In this document: piece by piece, positions 11,885-22,731 of the stretch
How positions within the stretch are numbered: the stretch's first letter is position 1
How the letters are laid out: the number at the start of each line of letters is the position of its first letter
Origin: Sarea resinae
Taxonomy: Eukaryota
DNA: 64,000 bases
Reading direction: 5' to 3'
Assembly (NCBI GenBank): GCA_026026165.1
Contig: JAPEUD010000064.1
Coordinates: 1 to 64,000 of the forward strand
The notes under the pieces: generated by a model
What the model was told of the DNA's origin: nothing
The model's input: only the letters and a program-made list of their open reading frames with translations
The model's database searches: none
Program-made: the position numbers and the translations under genes

Positions 11885-14716
11885 TCATTTCTTCTTCACC
11901 GCCACAATAACCAGATTCCGTGGACTCGTGCCGTACGAGAACACGGGCTCGACCCAGCACTCTCCTCCCCCTGTTGTTCCTCCCTCTGCTGTTCCTCCCC
12001 CCTCGCCCTCCATATCCATCTGCTCACGCACCCACACCCACCGATCCACCACCATCAGCGCCTCGACCACGCCCGCACTAAACGCCATCAAGCTCCACAC
12101 GAGGCTGAGGTGCTGTTTTCGGGCCGCGAAGGCGTTTTCGTACGCCTGGATCGTTTCTGTAGACAGGGTCGTGGAGGCCATGGTTTGCTGGAGGAGGGTG
12201 GTTGTTGTTGTTGTTGTGGCGGTGGGGAGGGGTGAGGGGAGGGTTGAGGGGGTGGTGTTAGGGGGGGTTTGGGTTGTGGAGATGGGAGACGACGACGACG
12301 ACGTCAGCTTCGTCACGGCGCCCCGCACGTACGAGACAAAGTCCTTGTAGCACGCTTTGCGGAGCGAGCCGATGATCAAGGGTGGCGTGGGGGGTGGTAG
12401 GGGGGTGTGTGGTTGGTTTGGTGGTGGGGTTTGGGTTTGGGTTTGGGTGGATGTGGGGCCGTTGTCATTGTCGTGGTTATTGTTGTGGTCGTTGTGGTCG
12501 TTGATGAAGGCGTTTGTTGATTGTGCGGTTGCTGGGTTTGTTTTTGGTGTTGTGCCGTTGTTGGCGGTGGTCGTGTTCTCGACGGGAAAGGGTATCGATG
12601 TGGAGGTGTTGTCGGCGGCGTTATCGAAGGTCGCGGTGTTGTTAATACCGGCAAGCGAAGAGGTGGTGTCGATGCTGCTCTTCTCATTGCTCTTTTCGTT
12701 TCTGCTGTTGTCATCGGCAGTGGACAAAGGCTCGGACGATATGACCCCCCGATCGAGAAACATCCGCTGCAAAACAGCGCGATAGAAATGCCGAGTGAAA
12801 AACGCCTCGCTCTCGACGCGAGTCCAATTCGGCGGCGCCTGCACCGCCATCATGCGCGCCGTGATGTTGAGATGAATGCCTCTCTCTCCGTCCGTCTTTG
12901 CGCCCGATTCTCCGTCTGCATCTTCTTGGTCCCTGGGGCTCTCGTTGTCTTCTGTACTTGTAAGAGGCAGCGGATACGTCGCGAAGCGCTCCGACATGGG
13001 AAATCCGTGTGGGTCGCACTCGTGGCTGGTCCGCTCCAGGCGCGGGTGCGGCGTGCGGAGCGGATGGGCGGAGTCGTAAGGTGGACGGCCATTGGCGCTG
13101 GTTGTGGCGTTCTGCTTGCTTGGGTCCAGAGATGGGTGTTTGTATGTAGGCGGCGACAGCCGGGACGTTGTCAGGTTGTAGCAGCAGCCTATTAGGGCGA
13201 CGGCTTTGACGGACGGGTTGAGCGTCAGCGAGCGCAGGCCGTGGTGGAGAAGATTGCCGCAGCTGTGGAGAGAGATGGTGAGGAGATTCAGCTCGTCGTT
13301 GGGTTCGGCGGGCTCGTTGGAGGTAGAGGAGTTTGGAGCTTGGGCTTGGCCGTCTTCGGTGTCGACTTGGTTTTGCTGTCGAGGCTTTGGGAGTTGTGCG
13401 AGAACAGGTGTTAGGTCGCCATTTTGGATCGAGTGGGATATATAGTGTATTGTTCCTTTACTTTTGCCACCGTCTTCCGACGAGAAACTAACAGTGTCTT
13501 TGAGGTTGGTGGAGGACATGTCTGTAGATATTAGATGGGACGGGGTAATGGAAGCAATTGGAGTCGATTGGCTGTCGACGGTTGAATCAGGAATGCCAGT
13601 GGACAAATGCTCTTCTAAAGCAGACGATGCTGGTGCCGCACAGGATTCGCATCCCGTATTAGGAGGAGCTGGTTCCCCAGGAGAATAGGAGACGTCGGAA
13701 GAGCCTTCAGTAAACTTGGCCGCTGCCGCACAAGATTCGCACCTCGTAACTGGAGGAGGTGTTCTGCTAGTAGGATAGGAGAGGTCAGAGGAGCTATCAG
13801 TACACTTGACCGCCGCACAAGACTCGCACCCCGTGTTGGGAGAGGCCGGTTTCCCAGGAGAATGTAAGAGGTCAGAGGAGCTATCAATAGACTGGACTGC
13901 TGCCGCACAAGTCTTGCACTCCCCATTCACATCCCCTCCCCTGATCTTTCCCTCCCTCGTCTTCCCGTCTTCCCCCATTCGGTACTCCTTCTTGTTCCTC
14001 ATGACCTTTTTCCTCGTTGCCAACTTGGCGGACACATCGTATATCCTAGCCCCCTCAATATTCCCCTGCTTGCTCTCTACCGCAATGATATTACGATTGT
14101 ACGGTGCGCTCGCCAAGGCGCGACCCAGATAATTCTGTCCCGATCCAAAGTCCACCAGATGCGTGATTTCCTTGCCCTTGCCGCCGCGCTGCTGGCCGAT
14201 CTTGGTGGCCAACCGGTCAACGTAGAGCGCAAAGTTCTCGACCTCGTGAATCTTTTTCGGCTTCATGCCCACGGCGATATGGCGCGGCATTGACGACCTC
14301 TTCTTGGCGCCGTCTGGCGGAGGCGGAGGAGTAAAGTCGCGCGCCAGAAGGTGACGTCGCACGTCGTGGATATATTGCAGCAAGCTCTGCGGCGGTGGAG
14401 GCCCTCCTCTCCACAGGCGTGAGCCCTCGGCGGCGCCGCGACCGTCACAGCCGTCGAATTGGCCCAGGTCCTCGCGCATCAACAGATCCAGGATGTCGTG
14501 GATATCTCTGTCCTGGGACCACTGGCGCCATTCCTCGGGCAGGATCTGCTCGTAGAGGTAGGGTTCCCGCGTGAAGAAATCGAGGATGTGCACGCCGCCG
14601 CAGAGCGTCTGGAAGAGGCGCGAGGTCGTTGCGAAGTGGAGCAGGGAGTCGACGTAGGCGTCGGCGCTTGCGTGGCCCTCTGGAATGGGAAGTGGACATG
14701 CTGGCCCGATTCCCAT
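11885..14716 (-). CDS. SAM-dependent methyltransferase-domain protein (RRNAD1/METTL25-like) with low-complexity inserts
   Basis: Motifs LCGGVHILDFFT, VGMKPKKIHEV, motif I LVDFGSGQNYLGRAL, SLHSCGNL, IGCCYNL and the C-terminus VEPVFSYGTSPRNLVIV. The likely ATG is 14716, although the ORF is open to 14911. Confidence 0.85.
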   Translation of the reverse strand: MGIGPACPLPIPEGHASADAYVDSLLHFATTSRLFQTLCGGVHILDFFTREPYLYEQILPEEWRQWSQDRDIHDILDLLMREDLGQFDGCDGRGAAEGSRLWRGGPPPPQSLLQYIHDVRRHLLARDFTPPPPPDGAKKRSSMPRHIAVGMKPKKIHEVENFALYVDRLATKIGQQRGGKGKEITHLVDFGSGQNYLGRALASAPYNRNIIAVESKQGNIEGARIYDVSAKLATRKKVMRNKKEYRMGEDGKTREGKIRGGDVNGECKTCAAAVQSIDSSSDLLHSPGKPASPNTGCESCAAVKCTDSSSDLSYPTSRTPPPVTRCESCAAAAKFTEGSSDVSYSPGEPAPPNTGCESCAAPASSALEEHLSTGIPDSTVDSQSTPIASITPSHLISTDMSSTNLKDTVSFSSEDGGKSKGTIHYISHSIQNGDLTPVLAQLPKPRQQNQVDTEDGQAQAPNSSTSNEPAEPNDELNLLTISLHSCGNLLHHGLRSLTLNPSVKAVALIGCCYNLTTSRLSPPTYKHPSLDPSKQNATTSANGRPPYDSAHPLRTPHPRLERTSHECDPHGFPMSERFATYPLPLTSTEDNESPRDQEDADGESGAKTDGERGIHLNITARMMAVQAPPNWTRVESEAFFTRHFYRAVLQRMFLDRGVISSEPLSTADDNSRNEKSNEKSSIDTTSSLAGINNTATFDNAADNTSTSIPFPVENTTTANNGTTPKTNPATAQSTNAFINDHNDHNNNHDNDNGPTSTQTQTQTPPPNQPHTPLPPPTPPLIIGSLRKACYKDFVSYVRGAVTKLTSSSSSPISTTQTPPNTTPSTLPSPLPTATTTTTTTLLQQTMASTTLSTETIQAYENAFAARKQHLSLVWSLMAFSAGVVEALMVVDRWVWVREQMDMEGEGGGTAEGGTTGGGECWVEPVFSYGTSPRNLVIVAVKKK

Positions 14717-15053
14717 TTTGGAATATCCTTCTAGAGGAATCCTATTTCCTGTGGTGGTGTTTGGTGACATGAAGTGTTGCTCGAGGATTTCTGGAATATT
14801 ATTGTGGAGGGGAATGCGCGGGAACAAAGTTGATCCGCACCGAATCCGGGGTGCCTCGATTCCAATGGATGTTCCATTGCAGGTGTACTCGTACACTCCA
14901 GCTCCAACCATACCTACCTACCTATCTACCCCAGCTTCAATTATACAAACAATGCTGGATATTTTCACACCTCATCTAACACCTTTCACCATCGTTTGAT
15001 GAGCTCTCCCTGATCTTGTCCTCCCCAGGGCCTCACGCCCGGCGGCATCCAAG

Positions 15054-15891
15054 ATGATGACCTCAACGAACGACGAGGACCCCTTCCTCCAAGTGCAAGC
15101 GTAAGTCGGAAGCACCACGCTCTACCCTCCCTTCCGTCCCATGATCTAGCCTTCCCGGTACTAAACGGAGACATCACAGCGACGTACTCTCGCTCCTCAA
15201 CACCACGCGACCGCTCTTCGCATCTTACCTGCGCATCCGCTCCCTGGCCTCGTCGCCGACGTCGCCCGAGCTCGTCCAGGCGCGCACCGAGCTCGAATCT
15301 ACGCTGCAAGACCTCAGCTCCGACCTGCGGGACCTCGTGGACAGCGTCAAGGCCGTCGAGCACGATCCGTATCGGTATGGACTCGAGATCGACGAGGTGG
15401 GCCGGCGGCGCCGACTGGTCGAGGAGGTGGGCGGCGAGGTCGAGGATATGCGGGAGGAGCTCGCGAAGACGGTGGCGGCGGGCCCGGGCCCGGGACCAGC
15501 ACAGGGCGTGAGGGATCATAATGCCCTACCGTCGCCGTCGGCCTTCGACATGCAGCAGCCGCCGTCCCCGCGCGAAGACGAATACGGCGCCTTCGAGCAG
15601 CAGCGGCAGCTGGAGATGATGCATGACCAGGACGAGGCCCTGGATGGCGTCTTCAAGACGGTGGGGAATCTGCGTCAGCAGGCCGACGACATGGGCCGCG
15701 AGCTGGAGGAGCAGGGCGAGATCCTGCAGGATGTGGACACGCTGGCGGACCGCGTGGGCGGCAAGTTGCAGAATGGAATCAAGCGGGTCGGCTGGGTCAT
15801 CAAGAAGAACGAAGATACCATGTCTAGCTGCTGTATTGCCATTCTCATCTTCGTCCTCATCCTTCTGCTGGTCTTGGTCATCGTTCTTTGA
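15054..15891 (+). CDS. TLG1: Syntaxin-6/Tlg1 t-SNARE; intron 15101-15179
   Basis: N-terminus EDPFLQVQADVL, SNARE motif QDEALDGVFKTVGNLRQQADDMGRELEEQ, and a CCIAIL transmembrane tail anchor. Confidence 0.92.
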
Positions 15892-16195
15892 CGTCACTTT
15901 GCTTTCGGGGAGCATATAGATCCTGGCGTCGGCGTTTGGTTGCAGGGGACGTGTACATCAGTTGGCTTCTTGATTCAGGATATGGCCATGAATGGTCTAT
16001 CGCGCTTGATGGATCGTTACGGTTTTTATAGTGGCTGCTAGAGTGGCAACAGCTTTACAAACTCACTCTTACGATTAGAGGGGTGTCTAATTGACAGACA
16101 AAGCAGAACAAATCAGAGAGAAGAATATATCATTCTAATGAACCCAAATCAATCTAAATCGTATCGACAAATTACATTGCTCGCAGAAAATCTAT

Positions 16196-18251
16196 CTAAC
16201 TCTTCGGTTCCGTCCATGACTGTCCCTGCCACACTCCCGCCTTGGTATAATCCATCGCCACGCTGCCCTCCATGTATCCAAACCGGAAATACTCCTTCTC
16301 GCCATCTCGCAGTCTTGTCCACGTGAACTCACTGTCGTCATACCCGGCGTAGGCCCTGACGCGCTCGACGTCGTTGACGAGCACGCTGATGCCATCGTAG
16401 GGGCGCGGCAGAGGCAGGGACCATGAGAAGGTGATGTTGGTTAGTGCGATTGCGATGGGTGCCGTGATGTTCGGCAGCAAGGAATTCACGGGGCCATCAC
16501 CGCGGAGGTCCAGCGGCGTCTGGAGGACGGGATCAAACCCCCAACGAGCGATACCGTTGATGAAGAGACCCATAAGGATACCTTGATACAGGAGAGAAGG
16601 ACGCGTCTGCATCGAGGTACCGGGCAGCAGCAGCAGAGCGAGGATGTAGTGGTGGATGCGTAGGTTGAGACCGGGGATGATGACGCAGATGAGGAGACTG
16701 GCCACAAAGAGAGAGTATAAAGCTAGATAGCGAGGGAGGCGGCCTTCTATACGCAGGAACCATACTTGACCGAGGGCAATTGTAAAAAGTGAAAGAACAA
16801 TGATGATCAAAGCAGTTTTGGCGCCTGGCTGTTGCAGGTCCTGTGGGGTTAGGCGTTGGAGTGGGATATGGTCGAAAGTATAGTTGTTCAGTGCGCCGAC
16901 CCAGCAGCCACCGAGCCAGAGGACCGTCTTCTCGATTTGGGCGTCGAGATCAGTCAGAGTCCTGCGAATGGCGTAGCGGTACAAGACAAAGGCGACGAAT
17001 GCTGCTGGCAGAAATTCACCGATAATGACGGAGAAAATGGCATAGTAATTCGGCATGCTCGGAGGGTCCGAGGCTAGGCCGACGTGGGCGTAGATGCCGA
17101 CAAAGAGCGAGGTGAAAAACACGGCGGGGGAGGTCGTAAAGAGTGAAAGGCCGGTTGTGAAGATGACGGAGACGGCGAGGAGGGACCAGCGTAGGTCGCG
17201 GCATTGAGATGCAGTGGAGGGGAGAAAGGTAAAAGAGCGGGGGAAGCTGGAGTCGAATCCAAGCGACTTGATGCCATGCCGTTTCGTACTGGGATAGTCG
17301 GACTGTTCTCCAATGAGCGAAACGACGCCGCAGCCACCGCTCTTGTCGCTGATCATGCCGGCGTGGATGGCGGAGGCGCAGAGATACGAGTCACCGCGGT
17401 AGATGGGGTGTTCCGCCTTGCTTGGCGCGCCCTCTGCAGGGCCGCCGATGACCAAAGGCCGGTAGTTGGCTTCTTGGTCGCCGACAGTGTGAGGGTTGAG
17501 GACCAAGGTCCGCGAACAGCTGGCGGGGCAGCGAAAGGTAAATGTGCTGTTGTCAAAGGGACGGCAATTGTTGCCATTGAGTCCACAGCCATTGTTTTTC
17601 GTCCTGAGATGTCAGCGACTTTATCATCAATGCTTGGATGTTTGCAACAAACCAGTAACTCGTGGTACAGTCAACCTGCGCTGGCTGACCGTATCCGGGG
17701 ATATATGTGGACGAAGCCGAACGATGCAAAACGGAGACGAAAGTGATGGCCCAGACAATATAATATGCAATCAAGAGCCAGATGCGTTGCGTGCGCTTGG
17801 GGAAATATATGTCCAAAAGCTTGAGAGGAGCAGTTTGAATGCGCGGGAACCACGGCTCGATCCTTTGGATCCTCGGCGGCTGTGGCCCCTTGACCCAGGT
17901 CTTGATGATTTTGCCCCAGTGCCTGACCGACCACGGTATCCACGTGAATCTCGAGTCGAGATCCTCGAGCCATCGCGGCCGGAGAAGACCTGCCTCGGCC
18001 TCGGCTATATCAGAGGGTTCGACGGCTTCACCGTCCTGACGCATCGAAGGGAAGGGTTCGGTTTCGTCGCCGTCGTCGTGAGCCTCTGCCGGCTCGATGG
18101 GACGAAGTTCGCCCTCATCCGAATAGCGGACCGTATTCTCTGGCATCTCGTCGAGCTCGAGCTGTTGCTCATCAGCAGAGTCCGGCGCAAAAGAGCTAGA
18201 AGCCTGCCAAGCTGTCTTGTTCGCCGGAGGCTCAACGCGAGTGGGCATCAA
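16196..18251 (-). CDS. LCCL-domain multi-pass membrane protein; intron 17604-17652
   Basis: Spliced YWTKNNGCGLNGNNCRPF, LCCL core YRGDSYLCASAIHAG, LRIHHYILALLLLPG and several transmembrane helices. Confidence 0.88.
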
Positions 18252-19058
18252 TGAATGACAATAATGAGTCCGTACCCTTTGCCAAGCGCTGTATACAACT
18301 CAAGCAATGCCAATCAAATCCAAATGACAGGATGCGCTCATAGCCAGATGAAGCTATCGATAGATGATGTAAAAAGATACCAATGAGAGTGAGGCATAGG
18401 AGGTCAAAGGAGATCGGTAGGTGTGAACCTCAAGTGAAGGTGAAGGTGATGTGTACAGCTGAAGCTGAGAGCAAGAGCCAAGAGCCAAGAGCCAAGACCC
18501 TGGAAGTCAATAGCGGTGGAAACGGACGGGAGGGATACGACGATATATACAAGAGATGGACATGACATGGATGGATATCCGGAGCGGAATGGAGGACTTG
18601 GTTCGAAGCCGAGCCACCAGGGACGGAGCAGAGTGGAGCGGAGAGACTTCCGAACATCCACCGCCGGGCTTACCGCAGTAGCTTAGCTAAGCAGCATTCG
18701 TCATTGGCACATTGCATTGGCACAGCGACTGACTTGCACGTGTCATGGATACAAGAGACAGCAGTGCCAGCGACGGGGAGCTATACCCTGAAGTACGTAG
18801 GATAGCACGAAAAGGTCTGCGATTCCAGTGTACTTTGAGGTAGAGAGACCCTGGGCACATTCCTTAGTCCACACCGATAAGCTTATCTCCATCCACTTAC
18901 CCCATATGGATGGATGGATAGATAGAGAGCCGTCTCCCTCAACTTCGTCATCTTCATCATCTTCATCCTCTTCATCCTCTTCATCCCGTCTTCATCTGTC
19001 TTCATTTTCATCTCCATCACTCCTACATATTCTCACAGCGTATGCCCAGCTGTCAACA

Positions 19059-21142
19059 ATGATGAAGTTCAATCCCCATGCCACCGATGGCGCCGGATCC
19101 TATCTGGATACCCTTTCGAAAATGGACGCCTCAACAGACGAAAAGGTCGAAGGAGGGCATAAGCCCAAGCCCCTCGATCTGTCCCACCATTGGTCCCGCA
19201 CCACCAAGAACAGAACCGAGAGCAACATGAAAGGCTTCTACAAGTACTTCTTGATTCCTGGCATTGCCAACCTTGCAGGCGGTCATTCTTCTCCTGTCCT
19301 CTTTCCGTAGTCTGATCACTTATCAACTTGTTGATAGGCCTCCCAAACGAGTCCTATTTCCCCTATGACACTCTCGAGGCCGCCGTTGCGCTTCCAGAGA
19401 GATGGAAGCCCACCCCCAATCATCCTGTTGACCCTCCAACCGCAGAAATGCAAGCCGCCTCCCTGTCCGACAAATCGCCGGCGTCCTCGCGTGTCCTGGT
19501 CCCCCACGCATCTGCAGCACCAGACGTGCTCCGCAAAATCGACCTGACCACCGCCCTCCAATACGGCACCGCGCAAGGCTATCCGCCTCTCTATTCGTTC
19601 CTGCGCCAGTTCACGCGCGAGAACCTGCACCCAAATGTCCCCTACGCCTCGGGCCCAGAAATTATCCTCACATGTGGCTCAACGGATGGCTTCTCAAAGG
19701 TGCTGCAGGCGCTGAATAACGAGTGGAGCGAGGACAAGGACTGGATTCGCGAAAAAGAGGGACTTCTGGTCGAGGAATTCGCGTATATGAATGCGGTCCA
19801 AGGCGCCGAACCGAGAGGGATGAACGTCGCGCCTGTTGCTATGGATGACGTGGGCATGTTGGCAACGGGAAAAGGGGGCCTGGAAGATGTGCTTGAGAAC
19901 TGGGATTTGTCCAAGGGCAAGAGGCCGCACCTGATGTATACCGTTACGTGAGTGTTTCCCAGGACAGCTTTCCCCGACCCAACAAACATCTGCTGACATG
20001 GACCACACAGCATCGGGCAAAACCCAACCGGGACAACCCTGACCGTGGCTCGGCGGAAAGAGATATACGCCCTCTGCCAGAAATACGACATCATAATCGT
20101 CGAAGACGACCCGTACTGGTACCTACAATACCCATCGGCATCTTTACCGGCCAACACCCAGGCCCCCACGGCCTCTTCTCCACAGAACCAGCCCAAATCA
20201 TCAGGTTTCCCATTCCTCGATTCCTTGATCCCTTCATACCTCTCCATCGACATCGACGGCCGCGTCGTCCGCCTCGACACCTTCTCCAAGACCATCGCCC
20301 CGGGTTGCCGTCTGGGATGGATAACGGCCCAGCCGGTACTCATCGAGCGCATCCTTCGGATCACGGAAACAAGCACGCAGCAGCCGTCCGGGTTCGTGCA
20401 ATCAATGGTCGCCGAGCTGATCATCGGCCCGCACGACGCCAAATCGCTCTCCCATGGGGGCAACGGCAACGGCCGAGGCGGATCAGCCAATGGTAAGGGC
20501 TGGAAGGTGGCGGGCTGGGTGCGCTGGCTGGAGGGTCTCCGCGGCGAATACGAACGCAGGATGAACACGATGTGCGACATCCTCTCGGAAGGCCAGTATC
20601 TGGTGCAATCCACCGAACCTAAAGCCGTTGGAGCCATAGACAAAAACGACCCCGACGCAGACGCAGACGCAGACGAAACAGACGCCGTCACAATCACCAA
20701 AACGCCACTGTACACATTCCTGCGGCCGCAAGGCGGGATGTTCATCTGGCTGCACCTCCAGCTCTCCTCGCACCCGCTCGCGCCCACGACGCCGCTCTCC
20801 ACCCTCGCCAACAGCCTCTGGGAATTCCTGACCCAGCCCGCCTACCTCGTCCTCGTCTCGCCCGGCACCATCTTCTCGCCCACCAAGCACATCCACGACA
20901 CCAAGGGCTGGGCCTATTTCCGGCTCTGCTTCGCCGCCGTCGACACGGACACGGTCGAGGCGCTTTCGAGAAGGCTCGTGTCTGGCATCAGGGATTTCTG
21001 GGATGTTGAGAGTGTGGACGAGGGCGCGTCGTGGCGCTTGGGTCGTGCCGGGGATGCGGATGCGTGCGGAGGCCGAGGCGGTCCGGCATCTGATGGGGGA
21101 ATGCGCGATTGGGCTGCTGCCGGTGGCATGATTGGCTGTTAG
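19059..21142 (+). CDS. PLP-dependent class I aminotransferase, Aro8/2-aminoadipate transaminase-like; introns 19282-19337, 19948-20010
   Basis: Motifs NLAGGLPN, ALQYG, GQNPTG, IIVEDDPY, PLP lysine in DTFSKTIAPGCRLGW, GGMFIW and FRLCFA. Confidence 0.93.
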
Positions 21143-22731
21143 CTGTTGGTTTATGTTTGTGTTTCTCATCTTATTTTTTTTCTGAATCTTAGGTAAGCAA
21201 TGCGCACGCAGGTAAGACCGGAGTCTCACGTTCAGGGAGGCGGCTGGGGGCGCGGGGGAGGGGGGTGGTATATATGTCTATGGAACTAGAGCTCGAAAGG
21301 CCTGCATACCATCAACACACAGACAAACAGACAGACAGACAGAGAAAAAGAAAGCAGAAGCCAGCTGCATGATTAGCGAGAGTGCTGGTGGTGATGATAG
21401 CTGATAGCGGGTTTAACGATATAAGTCATAACGAATGAATGAACGAAAGGAACCAATCAATCACTTAATAAACAAATCAATAAACAGAACGATGAATAGG
21501 TGGATCAAACTTAAAACGCACGAGTCTGATGTCCGAACTCAAATCCCCCTCCCTCCGTCTTTTGGTCTTCTCTCTCATTGGTCTTTTCTCGTTAGTTCTT
21601 TTGGATATTGATATCACGTACGTGCAACATATACGCAGAGACAGAAATATGGAAATACGGATACACAGAAATACAGAAATATAGGGATATACAGATGCAG
21701 AGATATAGTAGGTTCAAAGACCCAGGAAGATCCAGTAGCACGCACAAACAGACGTGCGCTATCCTGTGCATCTATACTCGGAGTATGTCCCCATATCGAA
21801 ACACAACATGCCAACGAATTCCAAGCCAAGTCCTCACAGTAAGGGGCCCGCTGCGCTGCGCTGCCCTTTTGGCTTGAGGTTCGACACCCCTTTGTATGAT
21901 TGTAGATATGTATATATCTATATATATCTCTATCTATCCATCTATGCATCTGGTAACGAAGAGCCTTCTCGCTCTGTATAGAGTTGCGGTGTAATCCCCC
22001 TGTAAGGCGGGCTTTGGTCGATTCGTTACTCGGTTTGCTCGCGCTTGCCCTTGTCTTGCGCTTTGTACCTTCTCTTCTCTGCTGCTTACTCCGCTGTGTT
22101 TCCTCCATAGGATGCCCATGAGGGAAAAGGGGGAGGGAGGATGGAAGTCGATTATAGGTGCAAGGAATCCGCCGACGAAGCGTCCGTGGATAGGATAAAA
22201 GCGTGAGCGGAATGCGGGGAGAGGAGGTGCAGAAGTGTGTGAATTTGTCGGACAACAAGCCAAAAGGGTAGCGCCCCCTAAAGGACTTGCTTATAATTCG
22301 TCTACATATTGTATTCCGATAGAATAGACGTAGGCAATCCCGTGCCATCCTAGACTGCCTTGAAGTAGAAGCCGAAAACAGGAACAGAAGACGTATCTAG
22401 AGAAAGTAGACTGAAGTATGAGATTACTGTAGGAGAAAGACTGAATTCGACCAACGCGACTATAAAGAGATAAACACAAGATTGGAAAAAGTAACTGTCT
22501 AGAAAGCCCAAGAGATTGCTCGCATATACCAATACTGTACCCCGTGCCTGAGTTGCTGCTGGTCGTTCTATCGTTCGTCCCCCCTATGTGGGGCTCCCAG
22601 TAGTAGCATCTTGCCGTTCCGAGCTCCAGATTTTTTGAAAGCAAAAACGTTCCAGAATCCAGCTCTGCAGGCCATGTTGTCTGCGGCGGCGCCACGCCAC
22701 GCCACGCGCCGTCCTCGCCTATGAAGTTTGA

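Noticed and set aside
18596..18618. tRNA T-arm-like CTTGG-TTCGAAG-CCGAG followed by CCACCA
   Set aside because: No matching acceptor stem, D arm or anticodon arm upstream.
21876..21892. GGTTCGACACCCC B-box-like motif
   Set aside because: The stem is imperfect and there is no cloverleaf or A box.
22291..22695. Hydrophobic short ORFs downstream of the ankyrin gene
   Set aside because: No recognisable motif or consistent frame. They could be a decayed gene, but I cannot support that.
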